Assembly (NCBI GenBank): GCA_963612025.1
Contig: CAVDUB010000003.1
Span: 37,235-101,234, forward strand
From: a bacterium
GTDB lineage: Bacteria; Bacillota_I; Bacilli_A; RFN20; CAG-288
Reading direction: 5' to 3'
DNA: 64,000 nt
Shown here: positions 1 to 8,767 of the stretch, one piece after another
How positions within the stretch are numbered: the stretch's first letter is position 1
Layout: every line of letters begins with the position of its first letter
The notes under the pieces: generated by a model
Database searches by the model: none
Seen by the model: only the letters and a program-made list of their open reading frames with translations
What the model was told of the DNA's origin: nothing
Position numbers and translations under genes: made by a program

Positions 1-2
1 AA

Positions 3-311
3 AAGAAGGAGCAGAAGATTTCTGTTATCTCTCTCATCGATCTCGATTCTGTCTGTTCTCTGAGTTTCTCCATGGAGGAACCACCCAAGGCAACGGACTA
101 CCTAACTGTGAAAATGGAATGTGAAGAAAAGAAGGAAGAGAAGAAATTCAAAGATGCTATCTGTAAAGATGATCTGTTTATCTTTAACGTCCCGTCGAAG
201 AAGACGAGAAGCCTTGTAATCACTTATACGCTTGCAGAGGATGTTGCCGAGGAGATACTTGAAACGAAGATGAATTTCACTGTCCAGTTGAAAGCTAAGA
301 CAGCCATCTAG
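3..311 (+). CDS. 3' fragment of a gene that starts upstream of the window; possibly another TasA/camelysin-like paralogue
   Basis: The reading frame is open from window position 3, with no in-frame stop before the listed ATG at 72. The C-terminal 'MNFTVQLKAKTAI' resembles the strand-rich C-termini of the two downstream SipW-cognate proteins. Confidence 0.3.
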   Translation, partial: KKEQKISVISLIDLDSVCSLSFSMEEPPKATDYLTVKMECEEKKEEKKFKDAICKDDLFIFNVPSKKTRSLVITYTLAEDVAEEILETKMNFTVQLKAKTAI

Positions 312-325
312 AAAGGAAAGAAGCT

Positions 326-973
326 ATGTCAGAAAAGAATAAGCCATCCACATGGAAACTTGTCGCTTCATTGGGATGCATCGCCGTATTTGGGGGTTTG
401 GCCATCGGAACGACCTATTCCCTCTTCACGTCGTCCAAGAACATCAATACACATCTGACGATTGCAGGAAGTGATTCTATTAAAGCAACTCTCTACCTCA
501 AGGAACTCAAGCAGGATGTCCTCAATGATGATGGTCTGATAGAGGAGCAGAGCATGCTTGATACTATCAAAAAGGAAGATGGAAGCGTGATAGTTCCTGA
601 TGAAAATACAGGACTTGTCGATCTCACGGATTATAAAGGAAATATTTTTGAGACAGTCAAGCTTGTTCCGACCATGAAGGGATCGGCGACATTCGTCCTT
701 ATGAATACTGGAGAAGTTGCATTCAACTATAGTGTCAGCGTCATGAAGTCTTTCTTCAAGAAGGATGGAACGACAGTGGATGAGGAACTTGAAAAGCAGA
801 TTGTGTTCACGGCTCCAGATGGGACGCAGGAAGAAGCACTCAAGAAGGGTGGAAAGAAGGAAATCAACATCAGCTACGAATTCAAGGATGATAAGAAGAA
901 CAACGCTGTTCAGGAATCCACATTTGCAGCCAATCTTACCTTCAATCTGAGCAGTGTCAGCAGAGCAGAATGA
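326..973 (+). CDS. SipW-cognate secreted protein, TasA/camelysin (peptidase M73-like) family
   Basis: The N-terminus has K-rich, hydrophobic and 'GGLAIGTTYSLFTSS' segments, matching the SipW-cognate signal-peptide motif (GTxYAxFT/S). It is about 215 aa, typical for camelysin/TasA. RBS is AAAGGAAAG. Confidence 0.6.
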   Translation: MSEKNKPSTWKLVASLGCIAVFGGLAIGTTYSLFTSSKNINTHLTIAGSDSIKATLYLKELKQDVLNDDGLIEEQSMLDTIKKEDGSVIVPDENTGLVDLTDYKGNIFETVKLVPTMKGSATFVLMNTGEVAFNYSVSVMKSFFKKDGTTVDEELEKQIVFTAPDGTQEEALKKGGKKEINISYEFKDDKKNNAVQESTFAANLTFNLSSVSRAE

Positions 974-1023
974 GATAAGACGTCAAGAAAAATATAAAAA
1001 CCGAAAGGAAAAAAAGGAAAACT

Positions 1024-2415
1024 ATGAAAAAAATGTCCAAAATGGGAAAGTCGATTCTATTGTCTTCTCTTGCCATCGTTGCCTTTGGAGGCATTGCGGC
1101 AGGCACGACCTATGCTTTGTTCACGAGCAATGCGGAGACGACGGTCTCTGTTTCGACAGGCAAGGTTAAAGTCGATACGAAAGTTTCTGATATTCATCTT
1201 TATTCTTTGGATGAATCTACGGATACGACGAAAGAACTTGCTGAGGGTGCAACGACCTTCACCAATGGTGGAACCTTCGCCTATGATGAAAACACTGGGG
1301 CTATTGAACTGGATCGACTTACTCCAGGCGATAAAGTCGAATTCACAATTACAGCAACGAATAGTTCAACTGTCAACATCAAGTATCGTACTGTCTTGAA
1401 GACACTCGATAAAGGATTGTTCCAGGGATTGAAAGTTATTGTCAATGACACTGAATATGATGGAACAACCGCTTTTTCGAACTATGCGGCTCTTTCTGCT
1501 GAGACTGATTTCACGGATAAGGAATATAAATTCTCTGTCGAACTTCCAAAAGATGCCGGTGACGAATATCAGGAAAAGAGTTGCGAGCTCAACTTCAATG
1601 TCGAAGCGGTTCAGGGCAATGCCGCAGTGAAAGATACAGATCCGACTCTCTATGAAATCTATACTTCATCCGATTTAGCTGCTTTTGCAAAGAAAGCGAA
1701 TGCGAACACACTTACATGCACAAAGGCTATTTTGATGGATGATATCGATATGAGTGGCATCAAGTATGATTCACCGCACTTCAGTGTTGAGAGCATTGAA
1801 TTCGATGGAAATGGTAAGACAATAAAGAATTTTGCTCCTTCTGTCCATTTTGATGGAAGCAATCCATATTTAGGCTTAATTGGTCAACCGGCTAATAATA
1901 CAAAAATATACAACGTTAACTTCGAAGCGGCAAAGGTGGAAGGAACAACAGCATTTGACACGGAAGATCCTGCCCTCAATGCAGGTGTTGTCGTTGGTTA
2001 TCTTGATAATGGTCAAGTCTCATTGGAAATCAGCAATGTTTCTGTTAAGAACTCCAGTGTTTCGAAAGTAAAATATTCAGGAGGTATTATTGGATATACA
2101 TCTTGCAATGACGTGAAACTTGAAAATATAACTGTAGAGAATAGCTCTTTTGAAGGATATACTGTCGGTGGCCTCATTGGTCAGGTTGGTGGTGGAAACA
2201 CTGTCATTAACAACGTCGTTGGAACTGCAGTCCATTCCAAGGGCTATAAACGAGAGGGTGGTATGGTTGGAGCAGTCACTGGTGCTTCTCTTGATATCAC
2301 TTATGATCCAACAAAATATTCTTCCAGCATCTCTGGTTCTGCAATTTCGGCCAAAGGCGCTGTTGTCGGCCTTCCAGGGACCAGCACCAAAGTCAATGGA
2401 GTTTTGTTGTCATAA
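1024..2415 (+). CDS. SipW-cognate TasA-like N-domain fused to a GLUG-repeat (beta-helix-like) C-terminal domain
   Basis: Signal region 'FGGIAAGTTYALFTSNAETT'. Roughly the first 200 aa are TasA-like. The C-terminal half carries repeated G-x-G-G-(I/L/V)-(I/V)-G units ('AGVVVGYL', 'SGGIIGYT', 'VGGLIGQV', 'EGGMVGAV'), which are typical of GLUG motifs. Confidence 0.6.
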   Translation: MKKMSKMGKSILLSSLAIVAFGGIAAGTTYALFTSNAETTVSVSTGKVKVDTKVSDIHLYSLDESTDTTKELAEGATTFTNGGTFAYDENTGAIELDRLTPGDKVEFTITATNSSTVNIKYRTVLKTLDKGLFQGLKVIVNDTEYDGTTAFSNYAALSAETDFTDKEYKFSVELPKDAGDEYQEKSCELNFNVEAVQGNAAVKDTDPTLYEIYTSSDLAAFAKKANANTLTCTKAILMDDIDMSGIKYDSPHFSVESIEFDGNGKTIKNFAPSVHFDGSNPYLGLIGQPANNTKIYNVNFEAAKVEGTTAFDTEDPALNAGVVVGYLDNGQVSLEISNVSVKNSSVSKVKYSGGIIGYTSCNDVKLENITVENSSFEGYTVGGLIGQVGGGNTVINNVVGTAVHSKGYKREGGMVGAVTGASLDITYDPTKYSSSISGSAISAKGAVVGLPGTSTKVNGVLLS

Positions 2416-2518
2416 ATCTAAAACCAGAGGTTCGATATCTTAAAAATCATATCCTTTATTTTAAGAAAAAATGTTTTTGAGTTTTGCAAATCAAATTCCA
2501 CAGATAAAATACATTATT

Positions 2519-2546
2519 GAAAGAAGAGCGGATTCGCTCTTCTTTC
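2519..2546 (+). terminator. Perfect 12-bp inverted repeat (GAAAGAAGAGCG-gatt-CGCTCTTCTTTC) between the TasA-GLUG gene and sipW
   Basis: The hairpin was read directly. The downstream tract is only partly U-rich (TTTCAATATATT), so it may be an attenuator rather than a full terminator. Confidence 0.4.
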
Positions 2547-2611
2547 AATATATTCGATTCACATTCATTTGTTTAATCTGAGATGTCCGTTGTTTATTTC
2601 ATTCATCGCTT

Positions 2612-3340
2612 ATGGAAGAGAAAAAAGAATCGGTTTGTTTATCGAATAAGAAGATCCTGAAAAGGATAGGAAATATTGTTTTCTACGTCTTTTTGTTTCT
2701 TTTCTTTTTTCTTGCTTGCTTTTCCTTGATCACAAGGATCACAAAGGGAAGAATTTTCAATAGTCAGTTTTTGGTCGTCATATCTGGATCTATGGATGGA
2801 GAAAAGCAAGAAGAATATGACATTAAGACAATTCCGATAAAGTCTCTAGTGAAGGTCTCCCTCATAGAGGAAGGAAAAGAAGCGGAATTCTACTCCTCTC
2901 TGAAAAAGGGAGATGTCTTGACGTTCAATTATCTTGCATTGAACAATGCGACAATCACCCATAGAATCATATCTGACCCGGTTGTCCTCGATGATGGAAC
3001 CTTCAAATATGAGCTTAAAGGTGATGCTGTCGATGGAAATGAGATGCAGACTCTCTATAGCGATGGAAGAAACGGCGAAATCTTAGGAAAGGTGACATTC
3101 GTCTCCCTTCCATTGGGACAAATGTACTTTTTTATTTCCTCGAAAGTGGGAACACTCTGCCTCGTTGTTCTTCCATCCACGGCAATTGTCTTATTCGAAA
3201 TCTGCAAAATCATCTTCATGGTTAGCGAGAATTCCAAGAAAAAGAGCGAAGAAAAAAGCAGGAAAGAAAAAGAGGAGAAGGATAAGGAAATTGAGGAACT
3301 GAAAAGACAACTTGAGGAATCGAAAAAGGAATGCAAGTAG
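2612..3340 (+). CDS. sipW: Signal peptidase I of the SipW (archaeal/ER Sec11-like, S26B) type, with a K/E-rich C-terminal tail
   Basis: An N-terminal TM anchor is followed by 'VVISGSMDGE' (catalytic-Ser box like SipW 'VLSGSMEP'). 'GDVLTF' and 'ITHRIIS' match the SipW 'IVTHRVVE' His box. It lies immediately downstream of the two cognate substrates. The C-terminal ~50 aa are charged and coiled-coil-like. Confidence 0.7.
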   Translation: MEEKKESVCLSNKKILKRIGNIVFYVFLFLFFFLACFSLITRITKGRIFNSQFLVVISGSMDGEKQEEYDIKTIPIKSLVKVSLIEEGKEAEFYSSLKKGDVLTFNYLALNNATITHRIISDPVVLDDGTFKYELKGDAVDGNEMQTLYSDGRNGEILGKVTFVSLPLGQMYFFISSKVGTLCLVVLPSTAIVLFEICKIIFMVSENSKKKSEEKSRKEKEEKDKEIEELKRQLEESKKECK

Positions 3341-3377
3341 AGAGAATGAATCGTTCTCTCTGCGCATTCTTTTTTTT
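3339..3377 (+). terminator. Rho-independent terminator after sipW
   Basis: Stem AGAGAGAA-tgaatcg-TTCTCTCT is followed by gcgcattc and a TTTTTTTT run. Confidence 0.5.
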
Positions 3378-3440
3378 GATGCCCAAGATTGAGCAAGTCG
3401 TATCTATTTTTTTCGATTGTTTGATTCAGAATCCGATTCT

Positions 3441-3893
3441 TCACCACCATAGATCATCGAAGTATTTCACGAATAAAGCAAAACCTTCGTTGAGACATTT
3501 TTCTCTATAATCATGATTTTCATCATTTCTGGATTCAGAAAAGAGAAACATCATTCGCGTTAGAATTTCATTCCATCGCTTTTCGCACCAGGTGGCTGCC
3601 TCTTCATAAATAACTTTGTTTGCCTCATTTTGTCCAAGAGAGAATTCTTTTTCTGTTCCGACAATTCGATCCTTATTCTTTTGGTAAAATTCGGCAAGCA
3701 AAGTGGTTGGATAGTTGTTTCTTTTTTTGTTTAGTTCATCGAGCATTTCTGGGATGATGCATAGAAACCAAGTGTTGATTTCATCGACGTCTCTTTCGCA
3801 ATATCCTTTTCTCGCTCTTTGCTTTGCACATTTTTGGTTATTCAAAAAACCATAATGTTTATCATAGACATCTAAGATGCAGTTCTTCTTCAT
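3441..3893 (-). CDS. Hypothetical Cys-rich cytoplasmic protein (150 aa), no recognisable family
   Basis: A clean ORF convergent with sipW. It has 5 Cys, ends in 'DDLWW', and has no signal peptide or TM segment. Upstream lies about 650 bp of non-coding DNA. Confidence 0.45.
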   Translation of the reverse strand: MKKNCILDVYDKHYGFLNNQKCAKQRARKGYCERDVDEINTWFLCIIPEMLDELNKKRNNYPTTLLAEFYQKNKDRIVGTEKEFSLGQNEANKVIYEEAATWCEKRWNEILTRMMFLFSESRNDENHDYREKCLNEGFALFVKYFDDLWW

Positions 3894-4543
3894 TTTAATT
3901 CCTTCTATTCGGTACTGAATATTCTTTCAGTACCAGAGCCATTATTATCTCTATTCTATCGACAGCATCGAAATTCGGCCATTTATTTGTGACTTATGAA
4001 TAGATGTTGCTTGCCAGATTCTTATTTTACAGTTATATTGAGGACCTTTCAATTGGTGAAATCACGATGCATTCGGAATATGATTTCGAATGATTTTGAT
4101 ACTTTTGAAAAGTGTCTTCGCAATGACTGGACACAGGCATGAATGAAGATGGGGCATATCGCATGCGAGTCGATTCAATATGAAAGAGAATCGATTTTTT
4201 GTTCACGGATAGGGAATTCGTGTTCTTGCTTTTTATCTTGGAGGTCAATGGAGTGATTTGAGATGAAATCAATTGAGATAACTACCAAACTCTTTTGACC
4301 GTCCTTCGATAGAAAATCTATGAATTCTGTCTTATGCGAGTGTCCTCTAGAAAGAGGAATGAAGGAAGAAGGATCCCTTCTTTATTTACAGAATCTTGTT
4401 CGAAACACCCTTGGAAAGCCGTGTTTTTGAACTTCATCGTCAGTTTTTTGTGGTATATTTTCCAGAAAAAATCTGCTTCCAAACGTCATTCTCCATGAAA
4501 AAAGACGATTCTAGATGGGAGTATAAGAATCGCCTTTGTCCTT

Positions 4544-6157
4544 CTAAAAATGAATCAGTGTTTTTCGGTCAATCTTTCCAATGGCTGTTCTTGGAAAGTG
4601 GGGGAGACAGGTAATGGTCTCTGGAAGAGAATAGCGGATGAGATGATCTTTTAGATGGGACATGACTTTGCTTGCCAGTTCCTGGTCATTGGCTGAATGA
4701 TTTTCCAGATAAAGGTGAATATAGGGATGATCGCCATCCACAAAGATGGCTGCTGAATCCACAACGCCGCCGACTTCATTGGCTAAGGCTTCAATATCGG
4801 AGGGAAAGACATTGTATCCGGCAATTTTGATCATATCGCGGTTTCGATTCTTGAAGACGATATATCCGTCCTTATCGATATGGCCGATATCGCCGCTGCA
4901 GACATAAGTGACTTTCTTGCTGTCGGTGAAGAAAGGCTGATGTCGTTTGTCGCAGTTGAGATAGCCAAGGCAGTTGCTCGGTCCGTTAAGAAGGATCTCG
5001 CCATCTTCTCCTAGAGGCATTTCCACTCTTCGATCGGATGGATTGACAATCTTGACTTTGACACCTCGCAGTGGCTTTCCAACTGTATTGGGCTTGTGTT
5101 CCTTGATGGTGTTGACGATATCCACCGTCACGACTTCCGTCATGCCATAGCCTTCATAGATTCGATTTTCGGAATGGTTTTCCTTCATCAATTTGTCGAA
5201 CTGATCGATGAGGGAGGCTTTGATTTTGTCGGCTCCGACAAAAGTCATATAGAGATTTCTCAATTGGGCTTTCTGGAACTTCTTGCACTTAAGAAGCTTC
5301 TCAATCATATATGGAACACCGATCAGGATATTGATCCGATTCTTGTTGATGGCAGAGGCGATTTCCTCTGGATCAAACCGTACCATCAGATAGGAAGCGG
5401 CATGGTTCATCAAAGGTGCGTGGATTCCCATGGCTAAGCCAAAGCCGTGGAATATGGGAAGAACACCAATCATGCTCATGGTGGTAATATCTTTTCCTAA
5501 GATCTCGTTTGCCAGACTTCCAGCATAACGGATAGCTGCATCATTTAAGATGACCGTCTTGCTTTTTCCGGTGGTTCCTCCTGAACGGAGATAGAAGCTC
5601 GGCTTGAGAGAATCCATGTTGATCTCAACGTCGATGTTTTCATTTTCTTTGAGTGGATCCTTGGAAGAAAGAACTTTTGACTTGTCAATAAAGGAGAGCT
5701 CTTTCTGGTATTTCTTTCGGACAACCTTCTTCTCAAAATAGCCGAGATCCGCAGACGTAGAAATGAAATAGATCTTCTGGATGACGCCATCGAGTTCTTC
5801 CATATATTCCATATAGCGAACATCCAAAAGTATCGTATATTCCGAATTTGTCTGACGGATGGAATCTGAGAGCCCTTTGACTGGAATGAGAGGATGGAGA
5901 ATGCTGATGATGGCTCCGATCTTGTCGAGAGCATAGAGTGTGATGATGGCTTCCGGAACATTGGGAGAAAGAAGACTGACGACACTGTCTTTCTTGATGC
6001 CCAGAGAAGCGAGCTTTTTTGCCATCACATCGATTCGATGGTTGAATTCGCTGAACTTTATTTTTCTATTCCGAAAATAGAGAGCGACTTTTTCGTTGTC
6101 GTTCTGGTAGGCGGAAATATCCAAGTAGAGCGTATTGATCTTTTGATTCTCATTCAT
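4544..6157 (-). CDS. AMP-dependent synthetase/ligase (acyl-CoA synthetase-like adenylating enzyme)
   Basis: AMP-binding motif 'LRSGGTTGKSKTVIL' (T/SGTTGxPK), 'YGMTE' and a C-terminal 'GKIDRK'-type motif. Length is 537 aa. Confidence 0.8.
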   Translation of the reverse strand: MNENQKINTLYLDISAYQNDNEKVALYFRNRKIKFSEFNHRIDVMAKKLASLGIKKDSVVSLLSPNVPEAIITLYALDKIGAIISILHPLIPVKGLSDSIRQTNSEYTILLDVRYMEYMEELDGVIQKIYFISTSADLGYFEKKVVRKKYQKELSFIDKSKVLSSKDPLKENENIDVEINMDSLKPSFYLRSGGTTGKSKTVILNDAAIRYAGSLANEILGKDITTMSMIGVLPIFHGFGLAMGIHAPLMNHAASYLMVRFDPEEIASAINKNRINILIGVPYMIEKLLKCKKFQKAQLRNLYMTFVGADKIKASLIDQFDKLMKENHSENRIYEGYGMTEVVTVDIVNTIKEHKPNTVGKPLRGVKVKIVNPSDRRVEMPLGEDGEILLNGPSNCLGYLNCDKRHQPFFTDSKKVTYVCSGDIGHIDKDGYIVFKNRNRDMIKIAGYNVFPSDIEALANEVGGVVDSAAIFVDGDHPYIHLYLENHSANDQELASKVMSHLKDHLIRYSLPETITCLPHFPRTAIGKIDRKTLIHF

Positions 6158-7074
6158 AATCTGAACCCCATGCTGAAAAAGACGATAAACAGGACAATGA
6201 TGATGACTGGCTGATGGAAGATATAGACGTAGAGTGTATGACGGCCGATGAAACAGATCGGCCGGAAGATATAAAGTGAACGTAGGAAGGGAACACGGCT
6301 TTTCCTTTTTTCTCCATAGAGAAGTTTACCAAAATAAGCTCCGAAGAAAAAGACGCCGGTATAAGGAAGGATTGGCCACCAGTCAATCGTTCCTGCATAT
6401 TTTCCAAGGGCTTCCAAGAAGAAATTGGAAAAAGAATGGTCATAGCGTTTCATTGGAAGGCCATAGATGAGTTTCACATACCAGGGATCAAAGGAAGTGC
6501 CATCAAAATGATAGCCGGCGTTCAGATAGATGGAAACGAGGAAGACAAGTCCGGCTATCCCTAGGCAAAGGTAAGGACTCACCTTCTTATGGAAGAGATG
6601 ATAGATTGTTTCGATGAGAGCATAGAATGTGACACTGAAGGCCATCAGGTGGAGGACACCCCAATCGATGAAGCAGTCATCTTCAATGATGGAGGATATT
6701 AGGAAAGTTCCAAGTGAAATGGCACCTGCGCAGAGAATCAGAAGCAGAGCTCTTTTCCAATTGTTCTTTGAAAAGACACAGGAGATTCCTGCGACAAAGA
6801 TAAAAAGCCCGCCTACAAGAGGAACGATGAAGGTTTGGATGAGGGTGCTATTCCCACCGAGAATGCGATCGGAAAGAAAGAAAGTGAAGTCTTTGATATT
6901 TGGATATTTCAGGAACATTTCCTGTGTGTTTGAGAAAAGAAAAATGATTTCATAAAACGACCAGCAGAAGTGATAGAGGACGACAAGAAAAATCGGAATG
7001 CCTCTCAGGAGGTCGATTTCTTCGATTCTTTCTTTTTTATTTAGATTTTTTGTCAAAATTTCTTTTCGGTTCAT
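6154..7074 (-). CDS. Polytopic membrane protein of the DUF1624 / acyltransferase-3 (HGSNAT-like) family
   Basis: N-terminal 'IDLLRGIPIFLVVLYH' is typical of DUF1624 and acyltransferase_3 proteins. It has about 8 TM segments and overlaps the ligase start by 4 nt, indicating an operon. Confidence 0.55.
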   Translation of the reverse strand: MNRKEILTKNLNKKERIEEIDLLRGIPIFLVVLYHFCWSFYEIIFLFSNTQEMFLKYPNIKDFTFFLSDRILGGNSTLIQTFIVPLVGGLFIFVAGISCVFSKNNWKRALLLILCAGAISLGTFLISSIIEDDCFIDWGVLHLMAFSVTFYALIETIYHLFHKKVSPYLCLGIAGLVFLVSIYLNAGYHFDGTSFDPWYVKLIYGLPMKRYDHSFSNFFLEALGKYAGTIDWWPILPYTGVFFFGAYFGKLLYGEKRKSRVPFLRSLYIFRPICFIGRHTLYVYIFHQPVIIIVLFIVFFSMGFRL

Positions 7075-7210
7075 GTGGGATATTATACATTCTAAAATCT
7101 ATATATAAAAGAAAAAAGAAAAGACGAATCAATTATACATGTAATCGCTTAGAAAAGTTGTTTCTTCTCGTTTCAAGAAGTGAAATTCAAAAAAAAACCT
7201 TAATGTTTTA

Positions 7211-7238
7211 TTGTATTGGCACCCGATTGACATTATAA
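7211..7238 (+). promoter_or_regulatory. Sigma-A-like promoter for the jetABC-like operon (-35 TTGTAT, 17-nt spacer, -10 TATAAT)
   Basis: Read directly from the sequence. An AAGGTGGG RBS follows about 15 nt downstream. Confidence 0.35.
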
Positions 7239-7256
7239 TTTTACAAGGTAGAAAAG

Positions 7257-8765
7257 GTGGGTCATGTTTTGAACAGATTATTTGATAAAGTGCCGGAGGA
7301 TCTCTTCTCTCCGCTATCTAGAAAATACAAGTCGATTTACGCATTCTGTCTCGTTTCTCTCTATCATATGCTTCGTCTCTACAAGACGGACATCAAGAAG
7401 AGCGATTATGTTTCATTCCTCAGAAGCCAAGGAGAAGAAATTCTCTCGCTTTTCAGTGTGGAAACCGATCGCTTGGATGACAAAGATGAAGAAGAAATGG
7501 TCGATATGGAGAATGTTTTGAATTCCGAAGACAGTTCCTCTGTCTTGTTTGCCAAGGTCAATTACATTGTCCGAAAATTGTCTAAATGTGGATGGTATAT
7601 CATCTCCAAGGATACCAAGACAAAGGTGGAATACCTGTTCATACCAGCTTATTCCATCCAGTTTTTGAAACTTCTCAATGACTTGACCAGCGATGCCGGA
7701 AGTTATCTTCCCTTGGTTCATCAGACCTATGCGGAACTCAAGATGGAAGATGAGAAGGAAGACGACTACATGTATCGTTCCCTTCTCAATGCCAAGAGCA
7801 ATGCCGATGAATTGGAAATGAACGTCACCTTGCTTCGCCAACAGATCTGCGTCTTTGGAAACCGGTTGACGAATGTTCTCGATCCCAATGATGCTTTAAG
7901 ACAGCATTTTGACGAATACCGTGTGGACGTCTCGGAGAAATATTATCATCCGATGAAAACGTTCGATTCCTTAGGCCTTTATGCCCAGCCGACCATTTCC
8001 ATTCTCAAGAAATGGCTCAACAGTGAAAGAATCATCACCCTTCTTGTCAAGGAAGCCAAGACAGACAGTGCCAATGCCGGAAAAGAGATTTCGGAAGTGA
8101 CCACGATGGTCATCAAGCTCATTTCCTCCATCATCGATGTTTTCTCCCGCCTCACGAGCGCGTTCAACGAAATCGATCAGGCCAATGCCAACTACACTGA
8201 GGCCGTCCAGAAGAAGGTCAACTATCTTTCGAGCACCGACAAGACCATCAAGGGAAAAATCGATCGCATCATCTTGGCTTTGGCCAATGAGATCAAGTCC
8301 AATCCTTCCCTTCGCTATGAAGAGATGCCGATATTGGAAAAGGCCACGAACTGCCTTTCCTTCACCCGTCAGGGCTATCTCGATTCCTTCTCGATGACGA
8401 TGCCTTTCAAAAGAAAGGGAACCAATCTTGATGAGGAACCGCTTGGCATGGATGATGATATATTCCCTGATGAAGTGGGCGACTATATGACCAACATCCT
8501 CGATGATGAACTCAATCGCTTCTCGGATTCCGCCATCGTGGAATTCATCGACCGAAATATGGAAGGGAGAGAGGAAATGCTCACCACGGATATCAAAGTC
8601 GATAATACGGATGAATTGGTTTTGACAATCTTGGGAACCTTGAAGGCCATGATGGGACTTCTTCCCTACAAAGCGGAAAAGGTTTCTGACCGTGTCGAAT
8701 TTTCGGGCTATTACATGCCGTTATACAAATTCACGAAAGTGAAGACGAAAAGAGGGGGTAGATAA
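7257..8765 (+). CDS. jetA: JetA/MksF-like kleisin-type subunit (DUF3375-like), first gene of a Wadjet/MksBEF-like operon
   Basis: A 500-aa largely helical protein sitting first in a 500 / 217 / 1170 aa, translationally coupled operon that matches jetA-jetB-jetC in order and size. The assignment rests on architecture and was not verified by motif. The start may be GTG 7257 or TTG 7269. Confidence 0.5.
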   Translation: MGHVLNRLFDKVPEDLFSPLSRKYKSIYAFCLVSLYHMLRLYKTDIKKSDYVSFLRSQGEEILSLFSVETDRLDDKDEEEMVDMENVLNSEDSSSVLFAKVNYIVRKLSKCGWYIISKDTKTKVEYLFIPAYSIQFLKLLNDLTSDAGSYLPLVHQTYAELKMEDEKEDDYMYRSLLNAKSNADELEMNVTLLRQQICVFGNRLTNVLDPNDALRQHFDEYRVDVSEKYYHPMKTFDSLGLYAQPTISILKKWLNSERIITLLVKEAKTDSANAGKEISEVTTMVIKLISSIIDVFSRLTSAFNEIDQANANYTEAVQKKVNYLSSTDKTIKGKIDRIILALANEIKSNPSLRYEEMPILEKATNCLSFTRQGYLDSFSMTMPFKRKGTNLDEEPLGMDDDIFPDEVGDYMTNILDDELNRFSDSAIVEFIDRNMEGREEMLTTDIKVDNTDELVLTILGTLKAMMGLLPYKAEKVSDRVEFSGYYMPLYKFTKVKTKRGGR

Positions 8766-8767
8766 AA

